Made by a program: the position numbers and the translations under genes
Notes under the pieces: model-generated
The model's input: the letters and a program-made list of their open reading frames with translations, nothing else
Databases searched by the model: none
Told to the model about the DNA's origin: nothing
Shown: positions 48,307 through 60,360 of the stretch, in pieces
Position numbering within the stretch: position 1 is the first letter of the stretch
Layout of the letters: each line of letters begins with the position of its first letter
NCBI GenBank assembly: GCA_964631835.1
Contig: CAZWAD010000021.1
Coordinates: 271-64,270, forward strand
DNA: 64,000 nucleotides
Direction of reading: 5' to 3'
Origin: an uncultured Chitinophaga sp.
GTDB taxonomy: Bacteria; Bacteroidota; Bacteroidia; Chitinophagales; LD1

Positions 48307-51300
48307 TTATAGTCCCGACACTTGCCGGATAAGGTCAGCCGTTTTTTGCATTTGCCATTTCAAAGTAAAAGTAAAACGCTGATACCATTTAGTAATGCCA
48401 AGAATCTTCTGATTGTCAGTAATATTCTTTGTGGTAATAATGGGTAAATGAATTTCAATCATATCGCGGGCAATGATTGCGCTTAAGCCAAACTCGGCTG
48501 CGAACTCCGGCTTTTTCAAATCGTTCAGAACAAAAGCTGCATTCACAAACGGATTGATTGGGAAGAAACGATGTGTGGAAGTAGTGAGATTCACCGAACT
48601 CAGAAATTTATTGGTAGAACCGAAAGTGGTAATGGAGCGGAAAGCTCCATCCGTTTTTGCGATTTGTCTGGCAAGGTATTGATTGCGCCCGTTTCGGTCA
48701 ATGAAATTTTCATCGAACATATAATCCTGCTGAAGCCAGTAAGCGAAATTGTTGTATGTTACCGTACTCAGATAAAAACGGGGGTTAGGTGAAGAAATAT
48801 CGGAAGGAGATTTAAAATTCACCAGGAAGCCACCGGCAAAAACCCGTATTCTGAATCCTTCACCTTTACGTTTATAGCTGATAAGAAAATTCCCTTCAGC
48901 AGATAGGTTGGCGAACGAATTTCCCTCGCGTAGTGTTACCTGCACATTCAGCGGATTTAAAGTTGTTTTTCTTTCGAACCGGTATTTTACTTCGTTTACA
49001 AAATAACGCTGTGTTTCTTTTTTGTCGTTGTCGTAGCGGAGCCAGTCAAGCCACATGATTACGCTGCGCATGTTGAGCGAATGGGTAATCTTGCTGCGTG
49101 CGTTTTTCTTTTTGAATTCAATATTTATGTAAGGTTCCAGCTTGTTGAACATGAGGTTTTCAGGATGTAACAGATACGAAAACCTTTTCCCGTTTACTCC
49201 AACCGTAAACCGCTGAATACTTTCAGGATAGAAGTTATAGTTAAGTTTGATAAAACCGATGAATTGCTTTGAGCCGGTACCGATAGCCGGAATAAACAAA
49301 TAATTGAATTTACGGGATGGAACAAAAGGACTGTAAACAGCCAAACCCACCTGCACTTTATCGTAATTGTTTCCCGCTATATAAGGTGCCCAGAAAACCT
49401 GTGTGCGGTTTTGATTTTCAATCGAACCGAGAAACTGAAAGCGGAGTTTTTCGAAGCGATGGGCAGACTTTTTAAAATTGTAAGTGTTGTTTCTTCGATT
49501 GGCTTCTGGGATTTGAAGTTGCGCGTCAATCTGAATTTTATCGCCAGCAAGAGCAGTTCCAATTCCAAATTCCTTATCTCCCGTAAATCCATCCATCCAA
49601 AGCGTGCCTAAAATAGAATCTCCTTTTATTGCCGAAATTGAAACAGGGCTTTTCACCTCACCGGCATTTTTTAAAGTAAACCCATGGATGATAAATGGTA
49701 GGCTATCCTGTTGTAAAACTGAAGCCCGTTTCAGTTTATAATCAATTTTCTTCTTCGTCTTAATTAAATCATCGAAAAACCAACTCAGATTTTTAGTGGT
49801 TTCAGTTTCAAAAACTTTCCTAATGTCTTCGGGTTGCGGATGTTTGTATTTCCAGTCCGTAAAATACTTCTGCATCACTGAATCAAACTTCGCTGTACCT
49901 AGATACGCTTCCAGATAATCGAAAATTAGCATGGTTTTTCCGTAAACCATTATGCCATAATTAATATCAAGAAATTTTTCGGATGAAGTTTCAATTGGCT
50001 CATCCAAATTTTCGCGCGCCATAAACTGGTAACCCAAGTCCATAAGGTATTTGTGTTTGTATTGGCTTACATCAAAGACCTTAGCAATTCCATGCGGCAA
50101 ACTTCCCAGCATTTTTCTGTCAGGATATTTCGTTTTGATATACCGCTCTTCGTAATAAGTGTTTATTCCTTCATCCATCCAGGCGTGTTCACGCTCGTTG
50201 GTGCCCAGCATTCCGTAAAACCAGTTGTGCCCCACTTCGTGAGTAATCACGTTATCAAGCGAGAAAGCGCTGCCTACTTCACCAATCACTGTTACGTTCG
50301 GATATTCCATTCCTCCACCGGCACTCAACGCACCATCAACAGCAGTCACCTGTTCGTACGGATATTCCCCAATCCATTTACTGTAATAAAAAACTGCATC
50401 ACGCAAATACTCAGGTGCCTTACTCCAAAGGGAAGGTTGGTTGTTGGTGAACAGACTCCAAGTGGTTACTTTTTGTTTGGAGTAGGGTAGTTGCACTTCT
50501 CCTTTCAGAACATGAAAGCGTTTATCTGCAAACCAGGCAAAGTCATGAACGTTTGTTTGTTTGTAATTCAGAGTTTTAGTTTCTGTTGATGAAGGCGGGA
50601 ATTTCATGTCATCGCTGAACGTGTCAATTTTCTTCGTGACCTCCGAAAGCGAATCGAGCCATTTTTTTTCTTCTTCGTTTTGCAAATCACCTGTAGCGCC
50701 TACAATGTAATTCTTCGGCAAAGCAATGCTGACATCAAACGAGCCGAACTCGCTGTAAAATTCACCCTGGTCTAAATACGGCATCGGATGCCAGCCGTAT
50801 TTATCAAACACCGCAGGCTTCGGGTACCATTGAGAAACCTGGTAGCTTTGTCCTACATGGCCAATGCGTGAAAATGTATAAGGAAGTTTTACCCGAAACG
50901 GAGTTGAAATCTGAATACTTTCTCCGCTGTTTAGTGGTTTGTTCAGATTCACTTTTGCAATTTCAAGCGAAGCGGAATCATAATCCCATTTGCAAACCTC
51001 AGCGTTCACTTTAAAATCAATGTGGTCAATAAACCCATGCTGCGATTCTTTGCTGAAGTGAAATTTTGTGTTTCCGTTTTCCAACTGCTGTTTAGCATAA
51101 GGCGTTGTATGGTCGCGGAATGCATTTACCCACAGATGGAAATAAATAAAATTAAGAGTTAGCGGAGAATTGTTCTTATAATCAATTGTTATAAAGCCAT
51201 CGAGAGAATGCGCTGTATCGTTGAGAGTAACTTCAATTTTATAGTCAACTTGCTGTTGCCAGTATTGCTGGGAATAAGAAACCGCAGAGAGGAGAAAAAA

Positions 51301-51324
51301 GAAAGCAGAAATAAAGTATTTCAC
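48307..51324 (-). CDS. Secreted M1-family zinc metallopeptidase (aminopeptidase N-like) with large C-terminal extension
   Basis: Signal peptide, GGMEYPN exopeptidase-like motif, and HEVGHNWF...WMDEG (the HExxH-E18 gluzincin signature). Confidence 0.85.
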   Translation of the reverse strand: MKYFISAFFFLLSAVSYSQQYWQQQVDYKIEVTLNDTAHSLDGFITIDYKNNSPLTLNFIYFHLWVNAFRDHTTPYAKQQLENGNTKFHFSKESQHGFIDHIDFKVNAEVCKWDYDSASLEIAKVNLNKPLNSGESIQISTPFRVKLPYTFSRIGHVGQSYQVSQWYPKPAVFDKYGWHPMPYLDQGEFYSEFGSFDVSIALPKNYIVGATGDLQNEEEKKWLDSLSEVTKKIDTFSDDMKFPPSSTETKTLNYKQTNVHDFAWFADKRFHVLKGEVQLPYSKQKVTTWSLFTNNQPSLWSKAPEYLRDAVFYYSKWIGEYPYEQVTAVDGALSAGGGMEYPNVTVIGEVGSAFSLDNVITHEVGHNWFYGMLGTNEREHAWMDEGINTYYEERYIKTKYPDRKMLGSLPHGIAKVFDVSQYKHKYLMDLGYQFMARENLDEPIETSSEKFLDINYGIMVYGKTMLIFDYLEAYLGTAKFDSVMQKYFTDWKYKHPQPEDIRKVFETETTKNLSWFFDDLIKTKKKIDYKLKRASVLQQDSLPFIIHGFTLKNAGEVKSPVSISAIKGDSILGTLWMDGFTGDKEFGIGTALAGDKIQIDAQLQIPEANRRNNTYNFKKSAHRFEKLRFQFLGSIENQNRTQVFWAPYIAGNNYDKVQVGLAVYSPFVPSRKFNYLFIPAIGTGSKQFIGFIKLNYNFYPESIQRFTVGVNGKRFSYLLHPENLMFNKLEPYINIEFKKKNARSKITHSLNMRSVIMWLDWLRYDNDKKETQRYFVNEVKYRFERKTTLNPLNVQVTLREGNSFANLSAEGNFLISYKRKGEGFRIRVFAGGFLVNFKSPSDISSPNPRFYLSTVTYNNFAYWLQQDYMFDENFIDRNGRNQYLARQIAKTDGAFRSITTFGSTNKFLSSVNLTTSTHRFFPINPFVNAAFVLNDLKKPEFAAEFGLSAIIARDMIEIHLPIITTKNITDNQKILGITKWYQRFTFTLKWQMQKTADLIRQVSGL

Positions 51325-51374
51325 GTGTGAAATGTAAAAGAAAATGGCTGACCATGTGCGTTAACCATTTCTAA

Positions 51375-51932
51375 TTAGCCTTGAGCTGGCTGAGGAACCT
51401 CTTCGGCTGTTATCTGCCGGAATGAAAACTTATAGCCCTCATAGATTGCAATTCCGTAAAACAAAACGTCCATAGGCTGAAAGCTTTCAACAAGGGCGTC
51501 AATAGCTGTGCCGAAATCTACTGTAGTAAGTACCTGAAAGAAACCGAGGTCGGCTTGCTTCGATGCGAAGGCAATAATGGTAAAATAATTCCCCAGCACA
51601 CAACTAAGGAGGGCTGAGACAGCACCAATAATTCCGTAAATCTGGTCAATACCTTTACCCGCGAACCGGTTGGAAAAACCAACGAGTAAGCCGATAGCGA
51701 TTGCCATGTAGCCAATCTGGTATTCAGTAGCATACGAAACAGTTGCCCAAAACACTGCTCCGATAAGGCAAGCGATGATTGAGCCAAAAATGGCGAAGGG
51801 TAAATTCTGCTCTCCCCGTAGGGCTTGCAGGTGCTCATAGGCAAGTCGTTGTTGTTCGGCAGGGTCAGCAGTAACCGTTGTAGTTACAACAGGAGTTTCT
51901 TCTGTGTTTGGAGCAGGTGTAGTTTCTTCCAT
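51375..51932 (-). CDS. Hypothetical integral membrane protein
   Basis: 185 aa with an acidic/T-rich N-terminus and about 4 TM helices. Confidence 0.6.
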   Translation of the reverse strand: MEETTPAPNTEETPVVTTTVTADPAEQQRLAYEHLQALRGEQNLPFAIFGSIIACLIGAVFWATVSYATEYQIGYMAIAIGLLVGFSNRFAGKGIDQIYGIIGAVSALLSCVLGNYFTIIAFASKQADLGFFQVLTTVDFGTAIDALVESFQPMDVLFYGIAIYEGYKFSFRQITAEEVPQPAQG

Positions 51933-52189
51933 AAAGGTGATTTTTTACAATTAAAAATAACCTTTTATCTATAGCGGCAAATTTCTGTTGAATAATTTTT
52001 CCAGAGGTTTGTTCTTGTAATTTCCCCAAAACCGTCTTAGTTTAGTTTCGGTTTTATACAATTGGAGATAGTATTGTTGAAAAAGAACTTGATATTATTG
52101 CAGGGCAAAATTATTTTCGGATTGTATCACAATAAAATCGTTCTTTACCAGTTGTGTTCAAATAGTATTCTTTCACATAACTAACCCCT

Positions 52190-53605
52190 ATGGAAGAAAA
52201 TGAATTTATGGAGCCTTCTTTTGGCGAAATCGCGGATTTAATCAGGCATTATGAAGAAGCAGAAAAATCGAAGCGACAAGTTTTTTTAGATGAAGATAAT
52301 TATGAGCAAATAATAAGTTTTTATCAGGAAGAGAGGGAATACAAAAAGGCATTAAAAGTTATTGACACGGCTCTCGAGCAATACTCGTTTTCCTCATTTT
52401 TCTATACCAAGAAAGCGGAAATACTGGCTAACCAGAAGCATTTTGATAAGGCGCTGTCTTTGCTTGAAGACGCTGAAAAGTTAGATCCGCAGGATGTGAA
52501 TATTTTCTTAATCCGCTCAGATATTTTTTTGTGGAAAGGAAGACATGGGGAAGCAATGCAGGAAGTAAACCGGGCACTTAGAATAGCAACAGAACCCATT
52601 GACAAATGCGAATTATACCTGGAACAAGCGGATATTTTTGAAGACCAGGAAAAATTTGTAGAAACAATTGATGCACTGAAAGACGCATTACGCTGCAACC
52701 CTGAAAGTGAAGAAGCATTAAACAGAATTTGGCTTTGTTTCGAACTTCTTGAGAAATATAAGGAGAGTGCGGAATTCCATGAGAAACTAGTGGAAGAAAG
52801 GCCTTATTCGTACCTTGCTTGGTTTAATCTCGGTCACGCTTATGTCGCATTGGAGCAGTTTGACAATTCTATTGAAGCATTCGAATATGCAATAGCTATT
52901 AACGAGAAATTCGACCCGGCTTATATTTGTTGCGGTGATGTAAAGTATAATATGGGCGAATATGAAGACGCACTTAACTATTATATCCATGCTATCAAAC
53001 TTTCAAAGCCCAATAAAGAGTTGTACCTTAAAACTGCGGAAACGCATGAGCAGCTTGCAGACTTTTCTAAAGCCCGGTCTTATTTACGCAAGGCAATAGC
53101 GGTTGATCCTTACTATGATGAGGCTTTTTTCAAAATCGGTGAAACCTACTGCAGCGAAGAAAAATGGTTGAAAGCTATTACCTTTTTCGAACGTGCTGTT
53201 AAAATAAATAAAGAGAATCCCGAGTATCTGGCTTCTTTAGGCGATGCCTACATGAGCATTGATGAAGGAGATAAGGCGGTGGAAATATTTGAGCGACTTT
53301 TTCAAGTTGACCCACAGTTTAAACCAAACTGGGTTGCTCTTGCTGCCGCCTATTTTAATGTAGGAAATTACCACAAAACGTTTCAAGTGCTTCAGGAGGC
53401 GGAGCAAAAGTATGATAATAATGCTGACATCTTTTATATTAAATCAGTCTTTTACTTCCAAATAGGCAACCGGCACGAGGCACTGTTGAGTTTAGAGCGA
53501 GGCTTAATTACGGATTTTGATTTGCACCCCATGATTTTTGAAATAGAAGATTCACTGCTTGATGATCCGGCCGTACTGCAGGTAATTGAGCAATACAGAA
53601 ACTGA
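52190..53605 (+). CDS. Tetratricopeptide-repeat protein
   Basis: 471 aa with multiple 34-aa TPR units (A..Y..A....P....A pattern throughout). Confidence 0.8.
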   Translation: MEENEFMEPSFGEIADLIRHYEEAEKSKRQVFLDEDNYEQIISFYQEEREYKKALKVIDTALEQYSFSSFFYTKKAEILANQKHFDKALSLLEDAEKLDPQDVNIFLIRSDIFLWKGRHGEAMQEVNRALRIATEPIDKCELYLEQADIFEDQEKFVETIDALKDALRCNPESEEALNRIWLCFELLEKYKESAEFHEKLVEERPYSYLAWFNLGHAYVALEQFDNSIEAFEYAIAINEKFDPAYICCGDVKYNMGEYEDALNYYIHAIKLSKPNKELYLKTAETHEQLADFSKARSYLRKAIAVDPYYDEAFFKIGETYCSEEKWLKAITFFERAVKINKENPEYLASLGDAYMSIDEGDKAVEIFERLFQVDPQFKPNWVALAAAYFNVGNYHKTFQVLQEAEQKYDNNADIFYIKSVFYFQIGNRHEALLSLERGLITDFDLHPMIFEIEDSLLDDPAVLQVIEQYRN

Positions 53606-53641
53606 TTTCTCTCTCACCATTTCTTTTACATTTGCCGCCCT

Positions 53642-54301
53642 ATGGAGCAACTGTTCGATTTAGCTTTTGAGTTTATTAAAAACATTCGCAACCCCGAATA
53701 TATTTACCAACTTATATCGCAGTATAACACTGTTTTTTACGCGGTATTCTTTCTGATAATTTTTGTAGAAACCGGATTGGTGGTTATGCCTTTACTGCCC
53801 GGAGACTCGCTTTTGTTTCTCGTAGGTGCCGCTATTGCTGCTACCGGAGCGCTGAAACTCGAAATAACCATTCCGCTTTTGATTGGAGCAGCCTTGCTTG
53901 GTGATAACGTGAATTATTTTGTAGGAAAGTTTTTCGGAGAGCAAATTAAAAAGCGGGAAAGAATTTTGTTTTTTAAGCGCAAATATTTGGATGAAACACA
54001 CCGTTTCTATGAAAAACATGGAGGCAAAACCGTTATTCTGGCACGTTTTATTCCTATTGTACGGACAATAACACCATTTGTTGCCGGTGCAGGAACGATG
54101 AATTATTCGCGTTACATTGTTTTTTGTATTACTGGAGCTATTCTTTGGGTAGGCGGAATTACTACCATGGGTTATTTGTTCGGTGGAATTGAGATTGTCA
54201 AGAATAATTTTGAGAAAGTTATTCTTGGAATTATTTTTGTTTCGGTATTGCCTATCGTATGGGGCATTGTGAAAGAAAAGTTTCTCACAAAACAAGCATG
54301 A
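53642..54301 (+). CDS. DedA/SNARE-associated family membrane protein
   Basis: PLLPGDSLLF and RFIPIVRTITPFVAGAGTM motifs, 219 aa. Confidence 0.85.
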   Translation: MEQLFDLAFEFIKNIRNPEYIYQLISQYNTVFYAVFFLIIFVETGLVVMPLLPGDSLLFLVGAAIAATGALKLEITIPLLIGAALLGDNVNYFVGKFFGEQIKKRERILFFKRKYLDETHRFYEKHGGKTVILARFIPIVRTITPFVAGAGTMNYSRYIVFCITGAILWVGGITTMGYLFGGIEIVKNNFEKVILGIIFVSVLPIVWGIVKEKFLTKQA

Positions 54302-55038
54302 GAAAATTCGGGCTTATAGGCTACCCGCTTACACACTCGTTTTCTAGAAAGTATTTTGAGGAGAAATTCAAACGTGAAAATATTTCAGACTGCAGCTACG
54401 ATTTATTTCCGCTCAAAAACATTGATGAGTTTCCCGGATTTTTAGAATCAAATCCTGATTTACATGGATTGAATGTTACAATTCCATATAAGGAATCTGT
54501 TACGAAGTTTTTGGATACAGTTAATGATGAAGCAGAGGAGATAGGGGCGGTGAATTGTATTCGATGGGATAATGGGGAGTTGAAAGGATATAACACAGAT
54601 TGTTATGGGTTCGAAAAATGTCTTATAGAATTTGTCGGTCATAATTTTAACGAGAATGCAGAAGGGATTTTTGTTTTAGGGACTGGTGGTTCTTCGAAAG
54701 CTGTTCAGTTTGTTTTGGAGAAATTGAAGCTGAGTTATTATTTAGTTTCGAGAGAAAGAAAACAGAATTCGGTTCTATATAATGAAGTTGAATCTTTGAT
54801 GAAGTGGAAAAACCTGTTTATCAATACAACGCCTGTGGGAATGTTTCCGAATATAGAAGAGGCTCCTCAAATTCCTTATCACCGGCTAAGTTATCGGGAT
54901 TTTCTATTCGATCTTATTTACAATCCCTCCGAAACTTTGTTCCTGAAAAGGGGGAAAGAAAAAGGAGCTAAAACAAAAAACGGCATTAAAATGCTTGAGT
55001 TACAGGCTGAAAAGAGTTGGGAGATTTGGAATTTGTGA
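54298..55038 (+). CDS. aroE: Shikimate 5-dehydrogenase
   Basis: The start was moved to the ATG at 54298 (MRKFGLIGYPLTHSFS), giving an ATGA overlap with the dedA stop codon. Has LNVTIPYK and NTD motifs and a GTGGSSKA nucleotide-binding loop. Confidence 0.85.
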   Translation: MRKFGLIGYPLTHSFSRKYFEEKFKRENISDCSYDLFPLKNIDEFPGFLESNPDLHGLNVTIPYKESVTKFLDTVNDEAEEIGAVNCIRWDNGELKGYNTDCYGFEKCLIEFVGHNFNENAEGIFVLGTGGSSKAVQFVLEKLKLSYYLVSRERKQNSVLYNEVESLMKWKNLFINTTPVGMFPNIEEAPQIPYHRLSYRDFLFDLIYNPSETLFLKRGKEKGAKTKNGIKMLELQAEKSWEIWNL

Positions 55039-55046
55039 GGCGAATC

Positions 55047-55601
55047 TTATTTCCTTAGGCCCCACCAAATTATAATCGCATTGAAAACCGTTACAAGAAA
55101 TGCGAGTCCGCATTTCATCAAACCTGTACTGTGAAAGTCAGGAATATCAATTTCTGAAACGGCCGCTTTCATTACCATGCCCTGCCATACAATATATTTT
55201 TCAGAGATCCAGAATGAATCCAGAACTACAGTAAGTGTATAGAAAATGAATGTGAGCAGGTAAGTAATAAGTGAAATCTTTTTCTGTGCCTGTGAATAAA
55301 GATTCGATAAAACCATAAGCACGAGAAAGAAGAAATTGAGTGAAAAAAATAATACCTGTCTTGCATTGTGAAATTCTACTTTGCCCATTTCCAGAACCGG
55401 AGATGAATTGAGTACATGCAATGTCCAACCTGAAAGGCCTATTGTAACAACAACAGCTCCTGCAAAGGCAGACAAAAATATTTTACAGAGTTTTCGCGGT
55501 TCCGGATTGAAAAGCCTGGAAGTGGTATATGCTTGCTTGTAAAGAAAGGCCATCATAAAACCTATAGCGGTAATCAGCAGGTATATTATGAGGGAAAACA
55601 T
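55047..55601 (-). CDS. Hypothetical integral membrane protein
   Basis: 184 aa with 5-6 TM helices. Confidence 0.55.
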   Translation of the reverse strand: MFSLIIYLLITAIGFMMAFLYKQAYTTSRLFNPEPRKLCKIFLSAFAGAVVVTIGLSGWTLHVLNSSPVLEMGKVEFHNARQVLFFSLNFFFLVLMVLSNLYSQAQKKISLITYLLTFIFYTLTVVLDSFWISEKYIVWQGMVMKAAVSEIDIPDFHSTGLMKCGLAFLVTVFNAIIIWWGLRK

Positions 55602-55603
55602 AA

Positions 55604-56917
55604 TTATTCCGATGCTCTGTCAATAAGTATTTGAGATAATTGTTTGGTAGTTTTTGCTCCGAGTTCTTTCATTTTTTCTGCCCGCCTTACAAGGTTGCCG
55701 CTGCCTTCGTGCAGTTTTTTCATAGCGTCTTCGTAATCGATTTGAGTTTTCTTGATGCCGTTGCCAACTTTTATCAGGTCTTCCACAAACGCAACAAATT
55801 TGTCGTAAAGTTTACCTCCTTCATCAGCAATTTCAATTGCATTTCGGGTTTGTCTTTCCTGTTTCCAGATAGATGCAATGGTTCTTAAAGTTGCCAGCAG
55901 AGTTGATGGACTGACAATTACAATTTTTTTATCCCAGGCGTAATTAAACAATTCTGTATCACCCTGAACTGCTAAGCTGAACGAAGACTCAATCGGAACA
56001 AACAGTAGAACAAAATCAGGAGTTTCCAACCCGGTTGTTGTTTGATAATTCTTATCGCTCAATAATTTCACATGATTGCGCAACGACTCAATATGGGCTT
56101 TCAGAAATTTCATCCGTTCTTCTTCTGTAGAGGCATTTATACAGGCGTTATAAGCCACGAGAGAAACTTTTGAGTCAACAATTACATGCTTGTTGTCAGG
56201 AAGGAATATGACGACATCTGGTTTTATGCGTTCACCCGCATTGTTGGTGGAAGTAAATTGACTTTTATATTCTGTTCCTTCAGTCAGTCCGCTTCGCTCA
56301 AGAATTTTTTCGAGTACAAACTCACCCCAATTGCCTTGCTGTTTATTGTCATTTTTTAATGCAGCAGCTAACTGATTTGCTTCTTCACTTAGCTGTTTAT
56401 TCAGCTCCAGGAGGTTTTTGATTTCGGTTTTAAGTGTAATCCTTTCAGCCGATTCTGCTTTATAAGTTTGGTCTACCTTCTGCTCAAACTCCTTGATTCG
56501 CTCTTTTAGAGGGTTGAGAATCACATCGAGGTTAGTTTTATTTTGCTCGGTAAACTTTTTGCTTTTCTCGTCCAGAATCTTGTTGGCAAGGTTTTCAAAC
56601 TCTTTGGTGAAACGTTGGTTTAATTCTTCCAGTTCGTGTTTTTGTTCTTCCAGTTTTTGTTTCAGGTTATCATTATCCGTTTTTGCAGATGCCAATGACA
56701 CACCAAGCAACTCTGACTTTTTTCTTTCATCACTGAGTTTAGTTTCCTGGTTTTCCTTCAGTAGCTTTATCTCGTTTTTTAACTCAATAATGTTCGCTTC
56801 CTGTAACCTTGCCTTTTCGTTAGCAGCAGCCAATTCACCCCCGCTTTTGCTTTTGAGAGATAAAAACGCCAAGGCAAATCCCGCAGCTAATCCCATTCCG
56901 AGAAAAACAAATTCCAT
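55604..56917 (-). CDS. rmuC: DNA recombination protein RmuC
   Basis: N-terminal TM helix, a long coiled coil, and a C-terminal RmuC nuclease-like domain (PDVVIFLPDNKHVIVDSKVSL). The start was moved to MEFVFLGMG. Confidence 0.86.
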   Translation of the reverse strand: MEFVFLGMGLAAGFALAFLSLKSKSGGELAAANEKARLQEANIIELKNEIKLLKENQETKLSDERKKSELLGVSLASAKTDNDNLKQKLEEQKHELEELNQRFTKEFENLANKILDEKSKKFTEQNKTNLDVILNPLKERIKEFEQKVDQTYKAESAERITLKTEIKNLLELNKQLSEEANQLAAALKNDNKQQGNWGEFVLEKILERSGLTEGTEYKSQFTSTNNAGERIKPDVVIFLPDNKHVIVDSKVSLVAYNACINASTEEERMKFLKAHIESLRNHVKLLSDKNYQTTTGLETPDFVLLFVPIESSFSLAVQGDTELFNYAWDKKIVIVSPSTLLATLRTIASIWKQERQTRNAIEIADEGGKLYDKFVAFVEDLIKVGNGIKKTQIDYEDAMKKLHEGSGNLVRRAEKMKELGAKTTKQLSQILIDRASE

Positions 56918-56995
56918 TCTTATTGGTTTGAGTTTTAAAAATAGCAATCCTCAGAAGAACGAAAATTATTTTCAATTTCGTCCCCGGATTTTAAA

Positions 56996-58174
56996 ATGAA
57001 AATAACGCCCGCTCTATTTGAAGACACACAAACCGCTTTTGCCGGTAAAAGCAATGCCGATTTGCTAAAAGCAAAAGCTCTTTTTCAATTAATAAATAAA
57101 AGTATGCTGGTGAATTTGGGCAGTTCATTAGCAACATTTGCTTTGTCGTTTCGTCTTCCGGTTTCGTCTTTGTTTAAGTGGACGGTTTACGACCAGTTTT
57201 GTGGCGGTGAGACTTTCGATGAGTGCAAACGCACTATTCAGCTTTTAGAAAAGCGCGGTGCAGGTGTGTTGCTGAACTACGGTGTGGAATTAAAGGAGAG
57301 GGAAGAGGATTTCGATAAGACGTTAGAGCAAAACGTGGAAGCGCTTGAGTTTGGCGGTGAGAACAAGTCGGTGAAAGGGCTATGCATTAAGCTGAGCGGA
57401 TTAGGCCGATTTGAGTTGCTTGAGAAAATACAATCCGGTGACAGAGTTTCAATTAAAGAGAAGAAAGAGCTGGTTCGTTTTAAAAAACGCTTTGAAAAAA
57501 TTTGTCGCAGCGCATTATTAAATGACGTACCGGTGTATGTGGATGCGGAGGAAAGCTGGATTCAGAACCCGCTTGATGAAATGACGGAGGAGATGATGCG
57601 GAAGTACAACCGGGGGAAGTGTGTATTGTTCAACACGTTTCAGATGTACCGGTGGGACAGGCTCAATTATCTAACCTCACAAATTGAAAAAGCGAAAAAG
57701 GGAGGCTACCTGCTCGGTGCAAAAATTGTCCGCGGAGCCTACATGGAAAAAGAACGGGAACGGGCTGCAGAAAAAAACTATCCTTCACCTATTCATAAAA
57801 ACAAAGAAGAAGTTGACCGCGATTTTGATGAAGCCGTGAACCTGTGCCTGGCGAATCTGGAGCATGTTTTTGTTTGTGTGGCTTCGCAAAGCGAGGAAAG
57901 TAATTTGCTAGCGGTGCAGCACGTTGAGGAGAGAGGCTTACCTCGTCAATCCGAGCGGATTATTTTTTCGCAACTCTATGGCATGGGTGATAACATCACA
58001 TTCAACCTGGCACATCAGGGCTTCAATGCCACCAAGTATTTGCCTTACGGACCTGTGAAAGATGTGATTCCTTACCTCATACGCAGGGCCCAGGAAAACA
58101 CTTCGGTAGGCGGGCAGACAGGAAGCGAATTGGCGTTGATTAAAAAAGAAATTGCGCGAAGAAATCAGAAATGA
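56996..58174 (+). CDS. Proline dehydrogenase (monofunctional PRODH)
   Basis: VYVDAEESW, FNTFQMYR, KIVRGAYMEKER and FSQLYGM motifs of the PutA PRODH barrel. Confidence 0.82.
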   Translation: MKITPALFEDTQTAFAGKSNADLLKAKALFQLINKSMLVNLGSSLATFALSFRLPVSSLFKWTVYDQFCGGETFDECKRTIQLLEKRGAGVLLNYGVELKEREEDFDKTLEQNVEALEFGGENKSVKGLCIKLSGLGRFELLEKIQSGDRVSIKEKKELVRFKKRFEKICRSALLNDVPVYVDAEESWIQNPLDEMTEEMMRKYNRGKCVLFNTFQMYRWDRLNYLTSQIEKAKKGGYLLGAKIVRGAYMEKERERAAEKNYPSPIHKNKEEVDRDFDEAVNLCLANLEHVFVCVASQSEESNLLAVQHVEERGLPRQSERIIFSQLYGMGDNITFNLAHQGFNATKYLPYGPVKDVIPYLIRRAQENTSVGGQTGSELALIKKEIARRNQK

Positions 58175-59211
58175 ATTTCACTCAGGCGAATACTGTGTGA
58201 AATCTGTTCTCCTCCTGCCTCATTAAAAGCTTTGAAAAATATTTTAGGGTCATTTTGGTTCCAATCAATTTCAATCATTCCGAAATTGCGGTAAATGTAA
58301 TTAGTGCCAACCCGATTTGTATTTGGATAAGTTTCTCCATCTATCTGGGTTAATCCGCTGGATGTCATATCATAAACCGGGTATACTCCGGCAAGATTTA
58401 TCAGTGAAAGCTCGGCAATGTGTACATCTCCAGAAATAAATACAACTCCGTTGGCGGTTGTTTCTTTAATGGCTTGAAACATTTTAGCTTGTTCCAACGG
58501 AAAATTTGCCCATGCTTCGTAACCGTTATGTGAACGTGCAAACTGGGTGCTGCTTCCGATAATACGCAATCTCGCGGGGTTTCTTAACTCATTTTTCAGC
58601 CAGTTCCACTGTGCTTCTCCAAGCATGGTTGCTAATGAATCAAAATTGGCGACATAATCACCGTTTGCATCTTCAATGAGTTGTGAGCGAAACGTTCTGC
58701 AGTCCAGGAGAATGATTTGAACGCGATGCGCTGAATCTCCATAGTAATAGGAGGTATAAATACCCGGATGAATTCTTCTTTCTGAAACAGGCGGTTCATT
58801 CCAGAAATCGAGGAAAATACTTTTTGATTCTTCTTTCTTCGGATACTCTGAACCCGCATCATTATCTCCATAATCATGGTCGTCCCATGTGGCGATTACT
58901 TTGCATGAACCAAGAAGATTTTGAAACTCGGACTTGCAGCTCAGGTGGCCATACTTGGTGAGCAGCAGATTCATATCTTCTGTATCACCGTATATGTTAT
59001 CACCGAGGTAAACGAATATATCGGGCTGTTTTGAAACAACAGAATTGAGAATTGGTTGTTCTTTTGTTTCCTTCGAGCAGGAACCGAATGCGATTTTTGA
59101 AATGATTCCTGTTGGCTCACTGTGCAAAGGTCGGGAACAAAGAATAACGGGGTCAGTTTTGCAGGAAGAAAGAAGCACCAAAGTAAAGCACGAAAGTAAA
59201 CTGCGCAGCAC
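58165..59211 (-). CDS. PhoD-like alkaline phosphatase/metallophosphoesterase lipoprotein
   Basis: Lipobox LLSSC plus [17 protein letters not shown] and GDVH metallophosphatase motifs. Confidence 0.8.
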   Translation of the reverse strand: MLRSLLSCFTLVLLSSCKTDPVILCSRPLHSEPTGIISKIAFGSCSKETKEQPILNSVVSKQPDIFVYLGDNIYGDTEDMNLLLTKYGHLSCKSEFQNLLGSCKVIATWDDHDYGDNDAGSEYPKKEESKSIFLDFWNEPPVSERRIHPGIYTSYYYGDSAHRVQIILLDCRTFRSQLIEDANGDYVANFDSLATMLGEAQWNWLKNELRNPARLRIIGSSTQFARSHNGYEAWANFPLEQAKMFQAIKETTANGVVFISGDVHIAELSLINLAGVYPVYDMTSSGLTQIDGETYPNTNRVGTNYIYRNFGMIEIDWNQNDPKIFFKAFNEAGGEQISHSIRLSEIHF

Positions 59212-59262
59212 TGTTTGAAAATTGATTGGCTGAAAATAGCAATTGATTACATTCGCTTTACC

Positions 59263-60294
59263 ATGAATAAAAACCTTCAGTCAGAAAAAGCTGATTTGTC
59301 AACCGAAGAACAGGAGGTCGAAAAATCCCTCCGGCCGAAGGTGATTGATGATTTCATGGGTCAGCCGAAGGTGGTTGATAATCTTTATGTATTTATTGAA
59401 GCCGCTAAGCAACGCAGCGAATCGCTGGACCATGTGTTGCTTCACGGACCACCGGGTTTAGGCAAGACCACCCTGAGTTATATTGTTGCCAGTGAGATGA
59501 ATGTGGGCATTAAGATTACATCGGGGCCGGTGCTGGAAAAGCCCGGAGACCTTGCAGGACTGCTTACGAATCTTCAGCCGAATGATGTGTTGTTTATTGA
59601 TGAAATTCACCGGCTGTCACCGGTTGTGGAGGAATACCTCTATAGTGCTATGGAAGATTTCAAGATTGATATTATGATTGACAGCGGACCCAATGCGCGC
59701 TCAGTTCAAATCGGCCTCAATCCATTTACACTTGTTGGCGCAACCACACGCTCCGGGTTACTTACAGCACCGCTGCGCTCGCGTTTCGGCATTACTTTCC
59801 GCATGGAATATTATGATGCTGAAATTCTTAAGAATATTATCAAGCGCTCAGCAAGAATTTTAAAGGCAGAAATTAATGACGATGCGGCTTATGAAATTGC
59901 ACGGAGGAGCAGAGGAACACCGCGGATTGCGAACCTTCTTCTTCGCAGGGTGCGAGACTTTGCACAGGTAAAGGGTGACGGAACCATCAACCTGAAAATA
60001 ACCAAACACGCGCTCGAGGCGCTGAATGTTGACCTGCACGGGCTGGATGAAATGGACAACCGTATTCTTGCAGCAATTATCAATAAGTTTAAGGGAGGGC
60101 CTGTGGGTATTACGACTATTGCCACGGCAGTAGGGGAGGAAACAGGAACTTTAGAAGAGGTTTATGAGCCTTTTTTGATTAAAGAAGGGTTTATCAAGCG
60201 CACCCCGCGCGGAAGAGAGGTGACTGAACTTGCTTATAAGCACCTCGGCAAGACTCCGCCAGCAGTTGGCGGTAGTTTGTTCCAGAATGATTGA
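59263..60294 (+). CDS. ruvB: Holliday junction branch-migration helicase RuvB
   Basis: [10 protein letters not shown] Walker A and LFIDEIHRL Walker B motifs, [16 protein letters not shown]-like segment. The start was moved to the ATG at 59263. Confidence 0.95.
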   Translation: MNKNLQSEKADLSTEEQEVEKSLRPKVIDDFMGQPKVVDNLYVFIEAAKQRSESLDHVLLHGPPGLGKTTLSYIVASEMNVGIKITSGPVLEKPGDLAGLLTNLQPNDVLFIDEIHRLSPVVEEYLYSAMEDFKIDIMIDSGPNARSVQIGLNPFTLVGATTRSGLLTAPLRSRFGITFRMEYYDAEILKNIIKRSARILKAEINDDAAYEIARRSRGTPRIANLLLRRVRDFAQVKGDGTINLKITKHALEALNVDLHGLDEMDNRILAAIINKFKGGPVGITTIATAVGEETGTLEEVYEPFLIKEGFIKRTPRGREVTELAYKHLGKTPPAVGGSLFQND

Positions 60295-60360
60295 GATTGT
60301 GGTTTTGTAAGACCTGATTCGGATGGAGCAGCTGTTTATCTGCCCCGTACAGGCTTAAAT